Of a DNA stretch of 64,000 bases, positions 12,642 through 25,350 are shown in pieces. The DNA comes from Mobula hypostoma. Its lineage: Eukaryota. Below the pieces are notes generated by a model. It was given only the letters and a program-made list of their open reading frames with translations, made no database searches and was not told the DNA's origin. Made by a program: the position numbers and the translations under genes. Positions within the stretch are counted from its first letter, which is position 1, and every line of letters starts with the position of its first letter. Location: the NCBI RefSeq assembly GCF_963921235.1, contig NC_086108.1, positions 96,536,001-96,600,000 on the forward strand, given 5' to 3'.

Positions 12642-13140
12642 AGTACTGTGCAAAAGTATATATATATATAGCCCAAGACTTTTACTTAGTACTGTAGTAA
12701 TTTTATGTATTGCACTGTACTGCCACTGCAAAAAAAATTCATGATATATGTGACTGATGATAAACCTGATTCTGATTTGGGTCTCTATTGTGGACTGAGA
12801 GCCAAAGGTGACAGGGAGAGGGACATGGCTGGGAAAAGGGGAAGGGAGAGGGGAGGGAGTGGGAAGCACCAGAGAGACATTCTTTAATGATCAGTAAACC
12901 AGTTGTTTGGAATCAAATGACCTTGCCTAGTGTCTCAAGGTTGGGTGTGTCTGCACCCATACCACTCCCGCCCTTGGCAATCCCTCTCTGCCACCTGTCC
13001 CACATCCTTCCTGCGGTGCTCCACCATCCTTTCCATCCATCACATTTACAAACTTGCTCTTTGCTCCACATTGATAAATACAGTACTGTGCACAAGTCTA
13101 GGCACCCTATATGTGCCTAAGACTTTTGCACGGTTCTGCA
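12642..13140. mobile_element. Tc1/mariner-like MITE remnants (short TIR hairpins) with intervening repeat sequence
   Basis: cagtactgtgca(a/c)aagtc...gacttttgcac-type inverted repeats at about 12642-12696 and 13080-13140. Confidence 0.55.
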
Positions 13141-13869
13141 CGTACCTTGATAATAAATTTACTTTGAAATTTGAATATTAAAAGTAAGGTTACTTTCTGG
13201 AAAGTAGTGGTGCAAGCAAATCGCACAAATATGCCAATGCCATCGAGCTTCAACAAATTTCCTGGGCCTGAATTAACCGTTCAGAAACTCTTTAGGAGTT
13301 GGGATTCAGCAGAATGAGGCAAGAATGTGATCCAGTGCACACTGAGCAGACTCATACAGGAGTACAGTAGAGGTGAGAGGTACGGGTCAGAGAGAAATTA
13401 TGTCATTAATGAGATTACTCTGAGACAGCAGACTCAGAGGTCAGAAGGGTCAAATGGTTTCCTTCTATGCCATAAGGCTACATGATGATTAAGAGGACAT
13501 TTCACTATAGTAAAAATGAGAGGCCTTTAAAGTATGGGTTTTGTACTTAAGCCATAAAGCGCTACAGTTGCATGCAAAAGTTTATAAACCCTTTGCAATT
13601 ACCTGGTTCTCACCACTCATAAAATATGGTCTGATCTTCATCTAACTCACAATAATAGACAAACACAACCTGCTTAAATTATAGATAAGTTCCTCTTATC
13701 TAAAAATGTTGACGTTTCATGACAGTCATACACATCTCAAGTTACCAAGAACATTTACAAATAAAATCCCATTAATACACTAACTCCCAGCATCTGCAGC
13801 CCATTGTGTATCCGTGCTACATACTGATCTTCTGTTCTCCATTACTTTTAATCCCTATCTAAATTAAAC

Positions 13870-14210
13870 GTGAACCTCCCACGACCTGGCGCCATCCCAA
13901 CAACAAACGAGGGGCCAGCGCTTTGTTACCGGAGCGGCCATACTGAACCCCAAACAACGCCGCCGGCCAATAAAGCCAAACCCCGGTCCGCCGCCGGTTA
14001 CCGAGCTGTGCCCACTTTTCCGAGCTCGCCGTGCGCCGCCAGACCCTTACCGGTAACCACAAGTCATCACTGAGCTGTACCCACGCTTCCGAAACCCCTG
14101 AGAGCCGCCGCCATCGCTCCTGCAAATATTCGGCCAACAAACTCCCCGCCGAAACTGACGCAGCCACGCCCCTCCATCTGTATTACGCACACGCGTCGAC
14201 GCCCAGGACT
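13870..14210 (-). promoter_or_regulatory. CpG island promoter and first exon of a minus-strand gene (probably ZNF644 by synteny)
   Basis: Only non-repeat CpG/GC-rich island in the window; GC boxes (ccccgcc, ccacgccc), TGACG half-CRE, CCGCCAT YY1-like core; minus-strand donor ACCG|gtaagg with the exon ending at 14051. Confidence 0.75.
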
Positions 14211-17159
14211 CTGTATAACTCATATCAGAACATCTTCACTGGGGCATCTGGTGAAATGGTTCTCTGCCTGTCGCACTCCAACACATCACCCTTCGACACC
14301 ACTGGAAAATACAAATTGCTCTCCATGGCTCGCGGAAAACTTCCATGATGAAATTCAATCCCAAATCGAATTTATTCTCAATATGGACAAAATATGTTGA
14401 GTTACAGGTACAATGACAAACGCGCTTTAATACACCGAAAATGGATTTTAATCTATCTTCATAGGAGTTCATGTAACCAGACTGCATTAGGTCTCTCCTT
14501 TGGCGGTTAGATTACCTCCCTCAAGGGGAAAGGTTGGGTGACAGGTAGTTCGAGGCATCTCCTTTTGCTTGAGTAGTATTGGCAGACACATCAAAGTTCA
14601 AAGTAAAATTTATTATCTGTGTATATACATGTCACCACATACAACCCTGAGTTTCTTTTTCCTGTGGGCGTACTCAGCTATTTCAGTCATTTCAAAAATG
14701 AGTCTGGACGGCAGATGAGGTGGTAAGTGCTTTTTTAACATTTAAGAATAAATTGAACAGATATATGGATGGGAGGTGTATGGAGGGATATGGTCTGTGT
14801 ACAGGTCAGTGGGACTAGGCAGAAAATGGTTCGGCACAGCCAAGAAGGGCTAAAAGGCCTGTTTCTGTGCTGTAGTTTTTCTATGGTTTCTATGGCATTT
14901 CAAAGATACTGAACTGAAGCCTGCTGATATCCAACTAAGAACTCATACTGAAGAAGAGATAACTCCTGCGGGAATGACATCTGTTACAGTGAAATACAAC
15001 AACCAACGAGCCACTTTGGGCTTGTATGTAGTAAAATCAAGAAGGCCATCATTGTGGGGAAGTGATCGGCTGAGACAAGGTCAAATTGATTGGAGATCCC
15101 TCCACCACTTGCATGCCACATCCCCTACAATAGAATCAACTGAAAATGAATTGGAACGGTATTAGATGATGCCACAGCAGTGTCCAAAGTAATTGGAAAA
15201 CTCAAACACGTCAAGGGTAAAATAGTATTATGTGAAAATGCCACACAAATTTTACAAAGTCCATCTATATCATCAGTGATAAAGTAGCCAGTGATCTAGA
15301 TCGCAAGGAGGCTAAAGGAATTCTTTCCAAGGTTGAGTGGAGCCCATGGGCAAGATCAGTTTTCTCAGTAGCCAAGAAGAATGGATCTGTCAGGAACTGT
15401 GGTGATTTTAAGGTCATTAGATGGAAGAGGGTCCAAAGTGTTTCTCACCATAAACACTCACAAAGGGTGTTATTGCTATTATAGGCTTATTTCTGGAGTA
15501 GCATTTGCACCTGCACTCTGGCAGAAAGCTATAGACCAGGTGATGCAAGGCTGCCCAGGCATTCAGTGTTACCTGAATGACCTCACTGTTACTGGTAAGT
15601 ATGACAAGGAACATCTTCAAAATCACATGATAGTGTTAAAAAGACTCGAAGATTATAGACTCAGAGCACAAAGCAACAAGTGTGAATTATTTAAACCAAG
15701 CATCACGTACTGTGGTCACAGCATTGATGAACAAGAATTACACAAGTGTGCTGAGAAAAGACCAGCAGTGGCCAAAGGACATCTCACAGTTGTGGTCTTT
15801 TTTCAGGATTTGTCGATTACTGTAACAGGTGCCTGTCCTCCATGCCTTAAACTCATTACGACAGACCGGGAAGAAATGTCAGTGGACAAAGCAGTGTGAG
15901 GTAGCTTTTCAAAAGGTGAAGGAAAGGGTGATGTCAGAGACTGTACTCTCACAGGATGATCCACATCTTCCAGTGAAGCTTCCCGGTGACCTTGTGCCTT
16001 ATGGTATAGGTGCAGTCATGTCAGGTGTTATTTATGAATGATGGAAGTGAACGCCATACAGTCGTGGCATCATGTTCCCTTACCGCTCAGGGAGAAAAAT
16101 TACACTCAGATGTACAGAGAGGCCTTGAGTCTGGTTTGGGGTGTAAAATGTTTCAACTAGTACTTGTATGGGAGAGAGTTTACCCTCATTACTCATCAAC
16201 CACCAGGGTCCACTTTCAATTCAGAGAAGGATGCTCCGCTAAGATTAGCAGCACAAATGCAGAGATGGGCTCTGTCTCCTGGAGAACACAATTAAAATAT
16301 CAAATTCAAGTGAATGACTTATGATGGAAGTACTGATAGATTGTCCCGTTTACCCTCGGAAAAGAAGTACCTGAAAAATTTACAGAAGAGGACTCTTCCC
16401 TTCATGTATTCTCTCTTATGCAAATTGAAAGTCTCCCATTTACTGCAGAGCTCATCCAATGGGAAACTAAAAAAGAACCCACACTGTCCCATGTCCACAT
16501 GGCAACCCAAAATTGCTGTAATGTGCAGCAGAAACTCCAATTCCCTCGTTTTCAACAGTGCCGGGATAAACTCGTCTTTGACAGAGGTTGCCTTATGTGA
16601 AAACTGGCAGTTATTGTACCATCCAAGCTGAGAGCTAAAGTTTTGGAGGAGCTACATGCCGACCATCTAAGTGTGGTCAAAGTGAAAACATAGGTTCAAA
16701 GTCTTGTCTGGTGGCCTGGGATAGATCAGCAGATCGAGAAGCTTGTCATGCAGTGTTCGGGATGCCACATGTCCAGAAGAAAGGTATTCAGAGCTGTCAG
16801 AACCATTTCCTGCAATCGCAGAGTGAACTCCTACAATTACCATGAAGGAGGCCTCAGAACCTGCAAGTCTCACCTACACAACTACAAGTCTCACCCGCCA
16901 AACAGAGTGAAAACTCCCACCCTTGCCAAGAAAGCCATTATCCCACATGAGTGAGAAATCCTCCCTAGCAATTGTCTTTAGGCCTGAATGGGATCATTTA
17001 AAATTTACTATACAGTGAGTGTCTATATAATAGTTCTATTGTATAATATATGGTTCATAGATTATATACTGTACAATTTATAATATAAATTGAAATGCAT
17101 TCTGTATTGAGGTGAAGTTTATAGTTACTTAGGGAGGAATGTTGTGTACTTAATAGACG

Positions 17160-18086
17160 GTGATGTGCCTCTCATGTGAGATGTGGCAGTCTTGGGGGAA
17201 CTCCCCTCTCCCGCAGAGTCACATCTGCCAGAAGTGCATACAGCTGGGCGATCTCAAAGACCGCGTAAGGAATCTGGAGCAGCAGCTGGATGACCTTCGA
17301 CTCATAAGGGAGAATGAGGCAGTCATAGATGAGAGCTACAGGGAGGTAGTCACACCTAGGCTGTTGGAAGCAGGTCGTTGGATGACAGTCAGAGAGGGGA
17401 AAGCGAAGGTGAGCAGACAGGTAGTGCAGAGCACCCCTGTAGCCATTCCTCTGAATATTAAGTTTGCTGTCCTGGATACTGTTGGCGGGGACGACCGACC
17501 AGGTGTGAGCCACGGTGGCAGGGCCTCCAGCACTGATTCTGACCCGGTGGTGCAGAAGCATGGGACGGAGAAGAGGAGAGCTGTCGTCGTTGGAGACTCT
17601 ATAGTCAGGGGAGCAGACAGGAGATTTTGTGGATGTGAGAAGGACACCCACATGGTTTGTTGCCTCCCGGGTGCTAGGGTCCGGGATGTCTCTGACCGGG
17701 TGCACGACATCCTGGTACGAGAGGGAAAGCAACCAGAAGTCTTGATACATGTTGGTACAAACGACATAGGCAGGAAGAGGGATGAGGTCCTGAAGTGTGA
17801 GTTTCGGGAATTCGGCAGAAGGCTGAAGAACAGGACCTCAAGGGTGGCGTTCTCAGGATTGCTGCCAGTGCTACGTGACAGTGAATGTAAGAATTGGAGG
17901 AGATGGCAGTTGAATGCGTGGCTGAGGAGTTGGTGCAGGGAGCAGGGTTTTAGATTTTTGGACCTTTGGGATCTCTTCTGGGGAAGGTGGGACCTGTACA
18001 GATTGGATGGGTTGCACCTGAACTTGAGGGGGAGCAATATCCTTACAGGTAGGTTTGCTAGCATGGTTCGGGAGCGTTTAAACTAA
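17160..18086 (+). CDS. CR1 ORF1 protein with Cys knuckle, coiled coil and SGNH/GDSL esterase domain (open, possibly slightly 5' truncated)
   Basis: C..C...C..C, heptad L-rich segment, VVVGDSIVRG, HVGTND, DGLHLN. Confidence 0.85.
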   Translation: MMCLSCEMWQSWGNSPLPQSHICQKCIQLGDLKDRVRNLEQQLDDLRLIRENEAVIDESYREVVTPRLLEAGRWMTVREGKAKVSRQVVQSTPVAIPLNIKFAVLDTVGGDDRPGVSHGGRASSTDSDPVVQKHGTEKRRAVVVGDSIVRGADRRFCGCEKDTHMVCCLPGARVRDVSDRVHDILVREGKQPEVLIHVGTNDIGRKRDEVLKCEFREFGRRLKNRTSRVAFSGLLPVLRDSECKNWRRWQLNAWLRSWCREQGFRFLDLWDLFWGRWDLYRLDGLHLNLRGSNILTGRFASMVRERLN

Positions 18087-18199
18087 TTTGCAAGGGGGAT
18101 GGGATCCGGCGCGATAGAGCAGTGAAACAAGTGCATGGAGTAAAGCCAGATCTAACATATAGAGAGGCTTTGAGGAAAGAGAAGCAGAATAAACGGTGT

Positions 18200-20774
18200 A
18201 AAGACAGTAAGGTAGAAGGGCTGAAGTGTGTGTACCTCAATGCAAGAAGCATCAGGAACAAAGGTGATGAACTGAGAGCTTGGATATATACATGAAATTG
18301 TGATGTAGTGGCCATTACAGAGACTTGGCTGGCACCAGGGCAGGAATGGATTCTCAATATTCCTGGATTTCAGTGCTTTAAAAGGGATAGAGAGGGGGGG
18401 AAGGGGAGGAGGGGTGGCATTACTGGTCAGGGATACTATTACAGCTACAGGAAGGGTGGGTAATGTAGCAGGATGCTCTTTTGAGTCAGTATGGGTAGAA
18501 GTCAGGAACAGGAAGGGAGCAGTTACTCTTTTGGGAGTATTCTATAGGCTCCCTGATAGCAGCAGAGATACCAAGGAGCAGATTGGGAGGCAGATTTTGG
18601 AAAGGTGCAAAAATAGCAGGGTTGTTATCATTGGTGACTTTAACTTCCCTAATATTGATTGGCACCTGATTAGTTCCAAGGGTTTAGATGGGGCAGAGTT
18701 TGTTAAATGTGTCCAGGATGGATTCCTGTCACAGTATGTGAACAGGCTGACTAGGGGGAATGCCATACTAGATCTAGTACTAGGTAATGAACCAGGTCAG
18801 GTCACAGATCTCTCAGTGGGTGAGCATCTGGGGGACAGTGACCACCACTCCCTGGCCTTTAGCATTATCATGGAAAAGGATAGAATCAGAGAGGACAGGA
18901 AAATTTTTAATTGGGCAAGGCCAAGTTATGAGGCTATAAGGCTAGAACTTGCAGGTGTGAATTGGGATGATGTTTTTGCAGGGAAATGTACTACGGACAT
19001 GTGGTCGATGTTTAGGGATCTCTTGCGGGATGTTAGGGATAAATTTGTCCTGGTGAGGAAGATAAAGAATGGTAGGGTGAAGGAACCATGGGTGACAAGT
19101 GAGGTGGAAAATCTAGTCAGGTGGAAGAAGGCAGCATACATGAGGTTTAGGAAGCAAGGATCAGATGGGTCTATTGAGGAATATAGGGAAGCAAGAAAGG
19201 AGCTTAAGAAGGGGCTGAGAAGAGCAAGAAGGGGGCATGAGAAGGCCTTGGTGAGTAGGGTAAAGGAAAACCCCAAGGCATTCTTCAATTATGTGAAGAA
19301 AAAAGGATGACAGGTGTGAAGGTAGGACCGATTAGAGATAAAGGTGGGAAGATGTGCCTGGAGGCTGTGGAAGTGAGCGAGGTCCTCAATGAATACTTCT
19401 CTTCGGTATTCACCAATGAGAGGGAACTTGATGACGGTGAGGACAATATGAGTGAGGTTGATGTTATGGAGCATGTTGATATTAAGGGAGAGGAGGTGTT
19501 GGAGTTGTTAAAATACATTAGGATGGATAAGTCCCTGGGGTCTGGCGGAATATTCCCCAGGCTGCTCCATGAGGCGAGGGAGGAGATTACTGAGCCTCTG
19601 GCTAGGATCTTTATGTCCTCGTTGTCCATGGGAATGGTGACCAGGCATATAGATGAGGGTAGTGCAGTGGATGTGATCTATATGGATTTTAGTAAGGCAT
19701 TTGTCAAGGTTCCACATGGTAGGCTTATTCAGAAAGTCAGAAGGCATGGGATCCAGGGAAGTTTGGCCAGGTGGATTCAGAATTGGCTTGCCTGCAGAAG
19801 GCAGAGGGTGGTGGTGGAGGGAGTACAGTCAGATTGGAGGATTGTGACTGGTGGTGTCCCACAAGGATCTGTTCTGGGACCTCTAATTTTCGTCATTTTT
19901 ATTAATGACCTGGATATGGGGGTAGAAGGGTGGGTTGGCAAGTTTGCAGATGACACAAAGGTTGGTGGTCTTGTAGATAGTGTAGAGGATTATTGAAGAT
20001 TGCAGAGAGACATTGATAGGATGCAGAAGTGGGCTGAGAAGTGGCAGATGGAGTTCAACCCGAAGAAGTGTGAGGTAAGTACACTTTGGAAGGACAAACT
20101 CCAAGGCAGAGTACAAAGTAAATGGCAGGATACTTGGTAGTGTGGAGGAGCAGAGGGATCTCGGGGTACATGTCCACAGATCCCTGAAAGTTGCCTCACA
20201 GGTAGATAGGGTAGTTAACAAAGCTTATGGGGTGTTAGCTTTCATAAGTTGAGGGATAGAATTTAAGAGTCGCGATGTAATGATGCAGCTCTATGAAACT
20301 CTGGTTAGGCCACACTTGGAGTACTGTGTCCAGTTCTGGTCACCTCACTATAGGAAGGACGTGGAAGCATTGGAAAGGGTACAGAGGAGATTTACCAGGA
20401 TGCTGCCTGGTTTAGAGAGTATGCATTATGATCAGAGATTAAGGGAGCTAGGGCTTTACTCTTTGGAGAGAAGGAGGATGAGAGGAGACATGATAGAGGT
20501 GTACAAGATAATAAGAGAAATAGATAGATTGGATAGCCAGCACCTCTTCCCCAGGGCACCACTGCTCAATACAAGAGGACATGGCTTTAAGGTAAGGGGT
20601 GGGAAGTTCAAGGGGGATATTAGAGGAAGGTTTTTTACTCAGAGAGTGGTTGGTGCGTGGAATGCACTGCCTGAGTCAGTGGTGGAGGCAGATACACTAG
20701 TGAAGTTTAAGAGACTACTAGACAGGTATATGGAGGAATTTAAGGTGGGAGTTTATATGGGAGGCAGGGTTTGA
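18200..20774 (+). pseudogene. CR1 ORF2 (APE plus RT), disrupted by stops, frameshifts and an internal deletion near 19638
   Basis: ORF pieces 18414-19310, 19307-19996, 20280-20774; GMV is joined directly to TRHIDEG, with the NYRP/QHGF region missing. Confidence 0.85.
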
Positions 20775-22689
20775 GGGTCGGCACAACATTGTGGGCCGAA
20801 GGGCCTGTACTGTGCTGTACTATTCTATGTTCTATGTTCAATATTTCAGTAATATTTGAGTAATATTGTAAATATATTGTTTGATTTAGCATTCTTATTC
20901 ATTTAAATAATTCATTACAGGTTACAAGTAAAAGTATATGAATGGCTAACGTCATCATGCCACCACGTCAACATACGCACCTTACTTAAAGTAAAAGCCT
21001 GTTTTCTCTGGGCTTCTGCCTTTTTCTTTCAATTTAGTTCTATGTTTTGGAGTTACAAAACATAATAGTCTAACTATTTCCATTTGAACTGAAAACCAGC
21101 TACAGAGTTCAATGAATATAATTTTAAATTCAGCGGTATAGTATGCTTGCCGGTGATTACATAATAAATTTCTTTTCACTTTAGTAATCAAATGTGTGAA
21201 AGAGTAACAATAATAATTTAGATCATATTCCTGCCACTGCCTGTAAGCGGTTTGTACGTTCTGTGACTGCCCGTGTTTCCTTCGGAAGCTCCAGTTTCCC
21301 CCCCCACAGTCCAAACACGTACCAGTTAGTAGGTTAATTGCTTTTCAGATTTTCAATGAGAAACTGAATAAAAACATGGAAAAGAAACCTGTGCCCCCTT
21401 GAAGTTGCATTACCTAGAATGAAACAGGAAATTCTCACTGTTTCTGGCAGATTTTATAATTCATTTAATTTCCTGAAGAAAACGAATAACTAAAGATAAC
21501 TTTTCCCATGAAGCATTGACTCTGAAATGACCCTGACTCATAATGCTAATTGAAAGCAAAATCAAAACAGATATGGAAAAAAAATCCCTGTATGACATAT
21601 TGAATCCTATTCTTCTAAAGGCCAGAACTTCATTCAATAAAGATTATGCAAAATGTTCAACTTGCTTGTATAACATGTATTTCACCTCTGATGCACACCG
21701 ATTTTAAACATGGATTAACTCGACTTAAAAAAATAAAGTAAGGAAGAATATTGGGGATCAAGTTAAACATTTTTAAAATTGATATCACCACCTGGAAATT
21801 CCGTTCATGCTCGACCAGCTGGTCATCTGTACTGAGTTTATAAACTATTTAAATGTCAGTTTATGTCATAGTCTGAATAGAAAAGCAGTCACTTGTGATG
21901 AGGTAAAATGTTTGACTGCAATTGAGTAATAATTTATTGAGACAAGGCATAATAACTCACAGTAATATAGTGAGACATATACATTTTCCAACTAAATTCA
22001 AATTATTTGCTTTGGACGGAGAAATTTGTATGCCAATTGTTGCCAACAATCTCATTGAAATAACTGGCCTAAGTTATTCATGTTCACTTTACATGACATA
22101 AGACCATAAGACTCTGGAAGAGAATTAGACCATTTGGCCTTGACTGAATATTTTTCTCCATAAGACAAGACCAAAAGACACAGGAACTGAATTAGGCCAT
22201 TTGGCTGCGTCTGCTCTGTCATTCCATCATGACTGATTTATTATCCCTCTCAACCCCATTCCCCTGCCTTCATCTGATAACCTTTGAGACCCTGACTAAT
22301 AAACTGTTTCAAGATCTGCAAGTGAGGATACTTGAAAACCATGGAAGTCTTGGGCTCATCCCAAGAACTAAAATGTAATTTGCCTTACAAAAGTTCAGGT
22401 CTTCAAAACAAAATGTTTCTATTAAATAGACTGCAGCAGCAACATTTATTGAAACCAATTGCGAATAATTAATTGTAATGTACTGTACTCTCAATAGTAT
22501 TGTCTTACTGGTTCCACTATAACATTGCTAATGAAATTTTACTTTAGCTCCAACTAATTAGGATGGTTTAAGTTTATTCATTTTATGATATGCATCATAT
22601 TTAAATTATAGTGAATGCTGGAAGCACTCACCAGGTTAGGGAGCATCTGCAGAGAGAAAGAAGGATGAAGGTCCGTCATCCAGAGCCTG

Positions 22690-23500
22690 ACATCAGTAGT
22701 GGAAAAGTTATTGGAAGGTATTCCAAGGGTATATGAGTATTTGGATAGACATGGACTGATTAGGGATGGTCAGAATGGTCTTGTGCACGGTAGGTGATGC
22801 ACCATCAATAACTCCAAAAGACTGGAAGTAGAGTAAATACTGAAAGGCTTTTATTAGCAGTAAAATGTGACCTCCATCATGCTGAGTATCTGCCCCTGGA
22901 CTGAGGGAGGAGCAGTGGCACAATCGTCTTTATTCAGGGGTCTGTGGGAGGAGCCCCAGGGGCAGTCAGCAGAGGGGCGTGTCCAGACCGGTAACCCAGT
23001 TACAACATATATATGTATGGTTTACCACAGTAGGTCATGTCTAACTAATTTTCTAGAATATTTCGAGGAAGTTACCAAGAAAGTTGATGAAGGCAAGGCA
23101 GTGGATGTTGTTGACATGATCTTTAACAAGGCATTTGAAAATGTCCCATGTGGGAAGTTGGTCAAGAAGGTTCAGTCATTCTGCATTCAAGGTGGTGTCG
23201 TAAATTGGATTAGACATTAACTTTGTGGGAGAATCCAGAGAGTTGTAGTAAGTGGTTGCCTCGCTGACTGAGGAGAAACATCTCCACTCAGAGGGCCGTG
23301 AGAGTGTGGAACGAGCTGCCAGTGCAGGTGGTGCATGCAAGCTCGATTTCAACATTTAAGAGAAATTTGGATAGGTACATGGATGGTAGGGGTACGGAGG
23401 GTCCGGATAGGGGTCGATGGGAGTGGGCAGTTTAAATGGTTCAGCTCAAACTAAGTGGGCTGAACAGGCTGTTTCTGTACTATACTTCTCTATGATTCAA
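22690..23500 (+). mobile_element. CR1 fragments interrupted by a solo LTR
   Basis: RSCLTN..E.FEEVTK.VDEG.AVDV motif and CR1 3' tail. Confidence 0.75.
22795..23029 (-). mobile_element. Short solo LTR (235 bp)
   Basis: TG...CA termini; 5-bp TSD GTAGG (22790-22794, 23030-23034); AATAAA on the minus strand. Confidence 0.8.
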
Positions 23501-23629
23501 AGTCTCTCTCAGAGTAGAGATGCTTTTTTCTCTCTGGCAGCAATAAGCTAATACAGTTCACCCATGCAGAATCAAGTAATTTATATGTAATTGAAAAAAA
23601 ATCAAAAAAACTGCCGGAAATCTGAAATA

Positions 23630-24200
23630 AAAGCTGTGGAGAGTATCATGACTGGTTGGCATCGCAGCCTGGTATGGAAACACCACTGCCCAAGAACGAA
23701 GAAGTCGACTGAAGGTGACAAATCACAGGAAAAACCCTCTCCACCATTGAGCACATCTACATGGAACACTGTCACAGGAAAGCAGCATCCATCATCAAGG
23801 ATCCTCACCCACGCTCTCTTCTTACTGCTGCCATCAGGAAGGAGGTACAGGAGCCTTACCACCTGTACCAACAGTTTCAGGAAATGTTAATACCCTTCAA
23901 CCATTAGGCTCCTGAACGGGCAAGGACATTTTCACACTGAACTGATTATTGAACACAACTTACGGATTCACTTTCAAAGACTCTGCAGCACATGTTCTCT
24001 CTATTACTTATTTATTATTATTATTTGTTGCTTTTTGTACTTGCACAGTTCGTCTTTTGCACATTGGTGGCTTGTCAGTCTTTGTGTGTAATTTTTCATT
24101 GATTCCGTTGTATTCTTCATTCTACTTTGAATGCCTGCAAGAAAATGAATGTCAGGGTAGTATATATGTACTTTGATAATAAATTTACTTTGAACTCTGA
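23630..24200 (+). mobile_element. Rex1/Babar LINE 3' end
   Basis: LLPSGRRYRS motif; 3' terminus gataataaatttactttgaact. Confidence 0.75.
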
Positions 24201-24664
24201 ACTAAAAACAGAAAATATTGATAAAACAGGGAAGGTTGGTTTGCGGAAAATGTTGGATTCATAATTGCGTTAAAAAGGGCAGAAAGGAGTTTTCCCTGAG
24301 ATCGTCATAGCTGCAATTGAACTCCCCTGTCAAAATACTATTCCATGGAATTCAGTGGAATTGAATTACGAAAGTGGGTCACAAGTGGAACTGATACTTT
24401 AATGTGATGGGTAGAGTGCAAAGCCCAGGAAATGGAACAGTAACTTCTGGAGTGTTTCTGTACAAGCCAGAAACCAAAAAGAGCTGCACGTCCTCACGCT
24501 GCGGCTGCTGGTCATAGATGTGGTAGCACAGCCACATTTTATACTTTCAAAGTTCAAAGTAAATTTATTATCTAAGCCAGAAGACCCACTCTCAACATTT
24601 TAGCAACAGCTTCTTCACCTCTGCTATCATCTCTGAATAGTCCATGAATCCATGAACACTACCT

Positions 24665-25350
24665 TGCATCCTTGCCAGTGGAACAAGTGCCACACCTACC
24701 CCACATCTCCTCTCTCACCACCATTCAGGGCCCAAACAGTCCTTCCAGGTGAGGCAACATTACTCCCATGCGTCTGTCGTGGTCACTTACTGTGCTTGGT
24801 GAGACTTGATGTAGATTGGGAGACTGTTTTGTTGACCACCTTTGCTCTACCCGCCCAAAAAGTGGGATTTCCTGATGGCCACTCATTTCAATTCTACTTC
24901 CCATTCCCATTCCAACATTTCTCTATTGCCAGGATGAGGCCGCACTCAGGTTGGAGGAGCAACACATTATATTCTGTCTGGGTAGCCTCCAGTCTGATGG
25001 CATGAACATTGACTTCTCTAACTTCTGGTAATCGCTCCCCTCCTCTCCTTCACCATTCCCCACTCCTGTTTCCGTCTCTCACCTTATCTCCTTCCTAGCC
25101 CATCACCTCCCTCTGGTGCTCCTCCCTCTTCCCTTTCTTCCATGGCCTTCTGTCCTCTCCCATCAGATCCCCCCTTCTCCAGCCCTGTATCTCTTTCACC
25201 AATCAACTTCCCAGCTCTTTGCTTTATTCCCTCCTCCCTCCCAGTTTCACCTACCACCTGCCACCTTGTACTTCTTCCTCCCCTCCTCCCGACTTCTTAT
25301 CTGACTTTTCCCTTTCCTTTCCATTCCAGATGAAGGGTCTCGGTCCAATT
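24665..25350 (+). mobile_element. Penelope-like element 3' fragment (GIY-YIG endonuclease remnant plus pyrimidine-rich UTR)
   Basis: C...C.TC, GP...F.V, GET...L..RF..H, A.HFNS, RLEEQH...LG.LQ..GMNIDF remnants; ends in a truncated hammerhead-like motif. Confidence 0.8.

Larger units (their letters stand above)
17156..20839 (+). mobile_element. Near full-length, relatively young CR1 LINE
   Basis: ORF1, APE endonuclease (YLNARS, ITETW, GDFN, SDH), RT ([15 protein letters not shown]) and (ttctatg)n tail. Confidence 0.95.
14897..21067 (+). mobile_element. Decayed Ty3/Gypsy LTR retrotransposon; 3' LTR split by a CR1 insertion (LTR pieces 17140-17155 and 20840-about 21067)
   Basis: Frameshifted pol motifs: WA..V..V.KKNGSVR.CGDFK, TINTHKG, YL(D/N)D, WT..C..AF, SPYGIGAV-like, WWPG.D; polypurine tract agggaggaa immediately before TGTTGTG at 17140. 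Confidence 0.85.

Noticed and set aside
13859..14167. 102-aa minus-strand ORF over the CpG island as a protein-coding gene
   Set aside because: It starts at GTG, runs through the splice donor into GC-rich intron sequence and resembles no known protein; open frames are expected in CpG islands.
17172..19288. Long antisense ORFs (192, 242 and 120 aa)
   Set aside because: Shadows of CR1 ORF1/ORF2 with no independent motifs.
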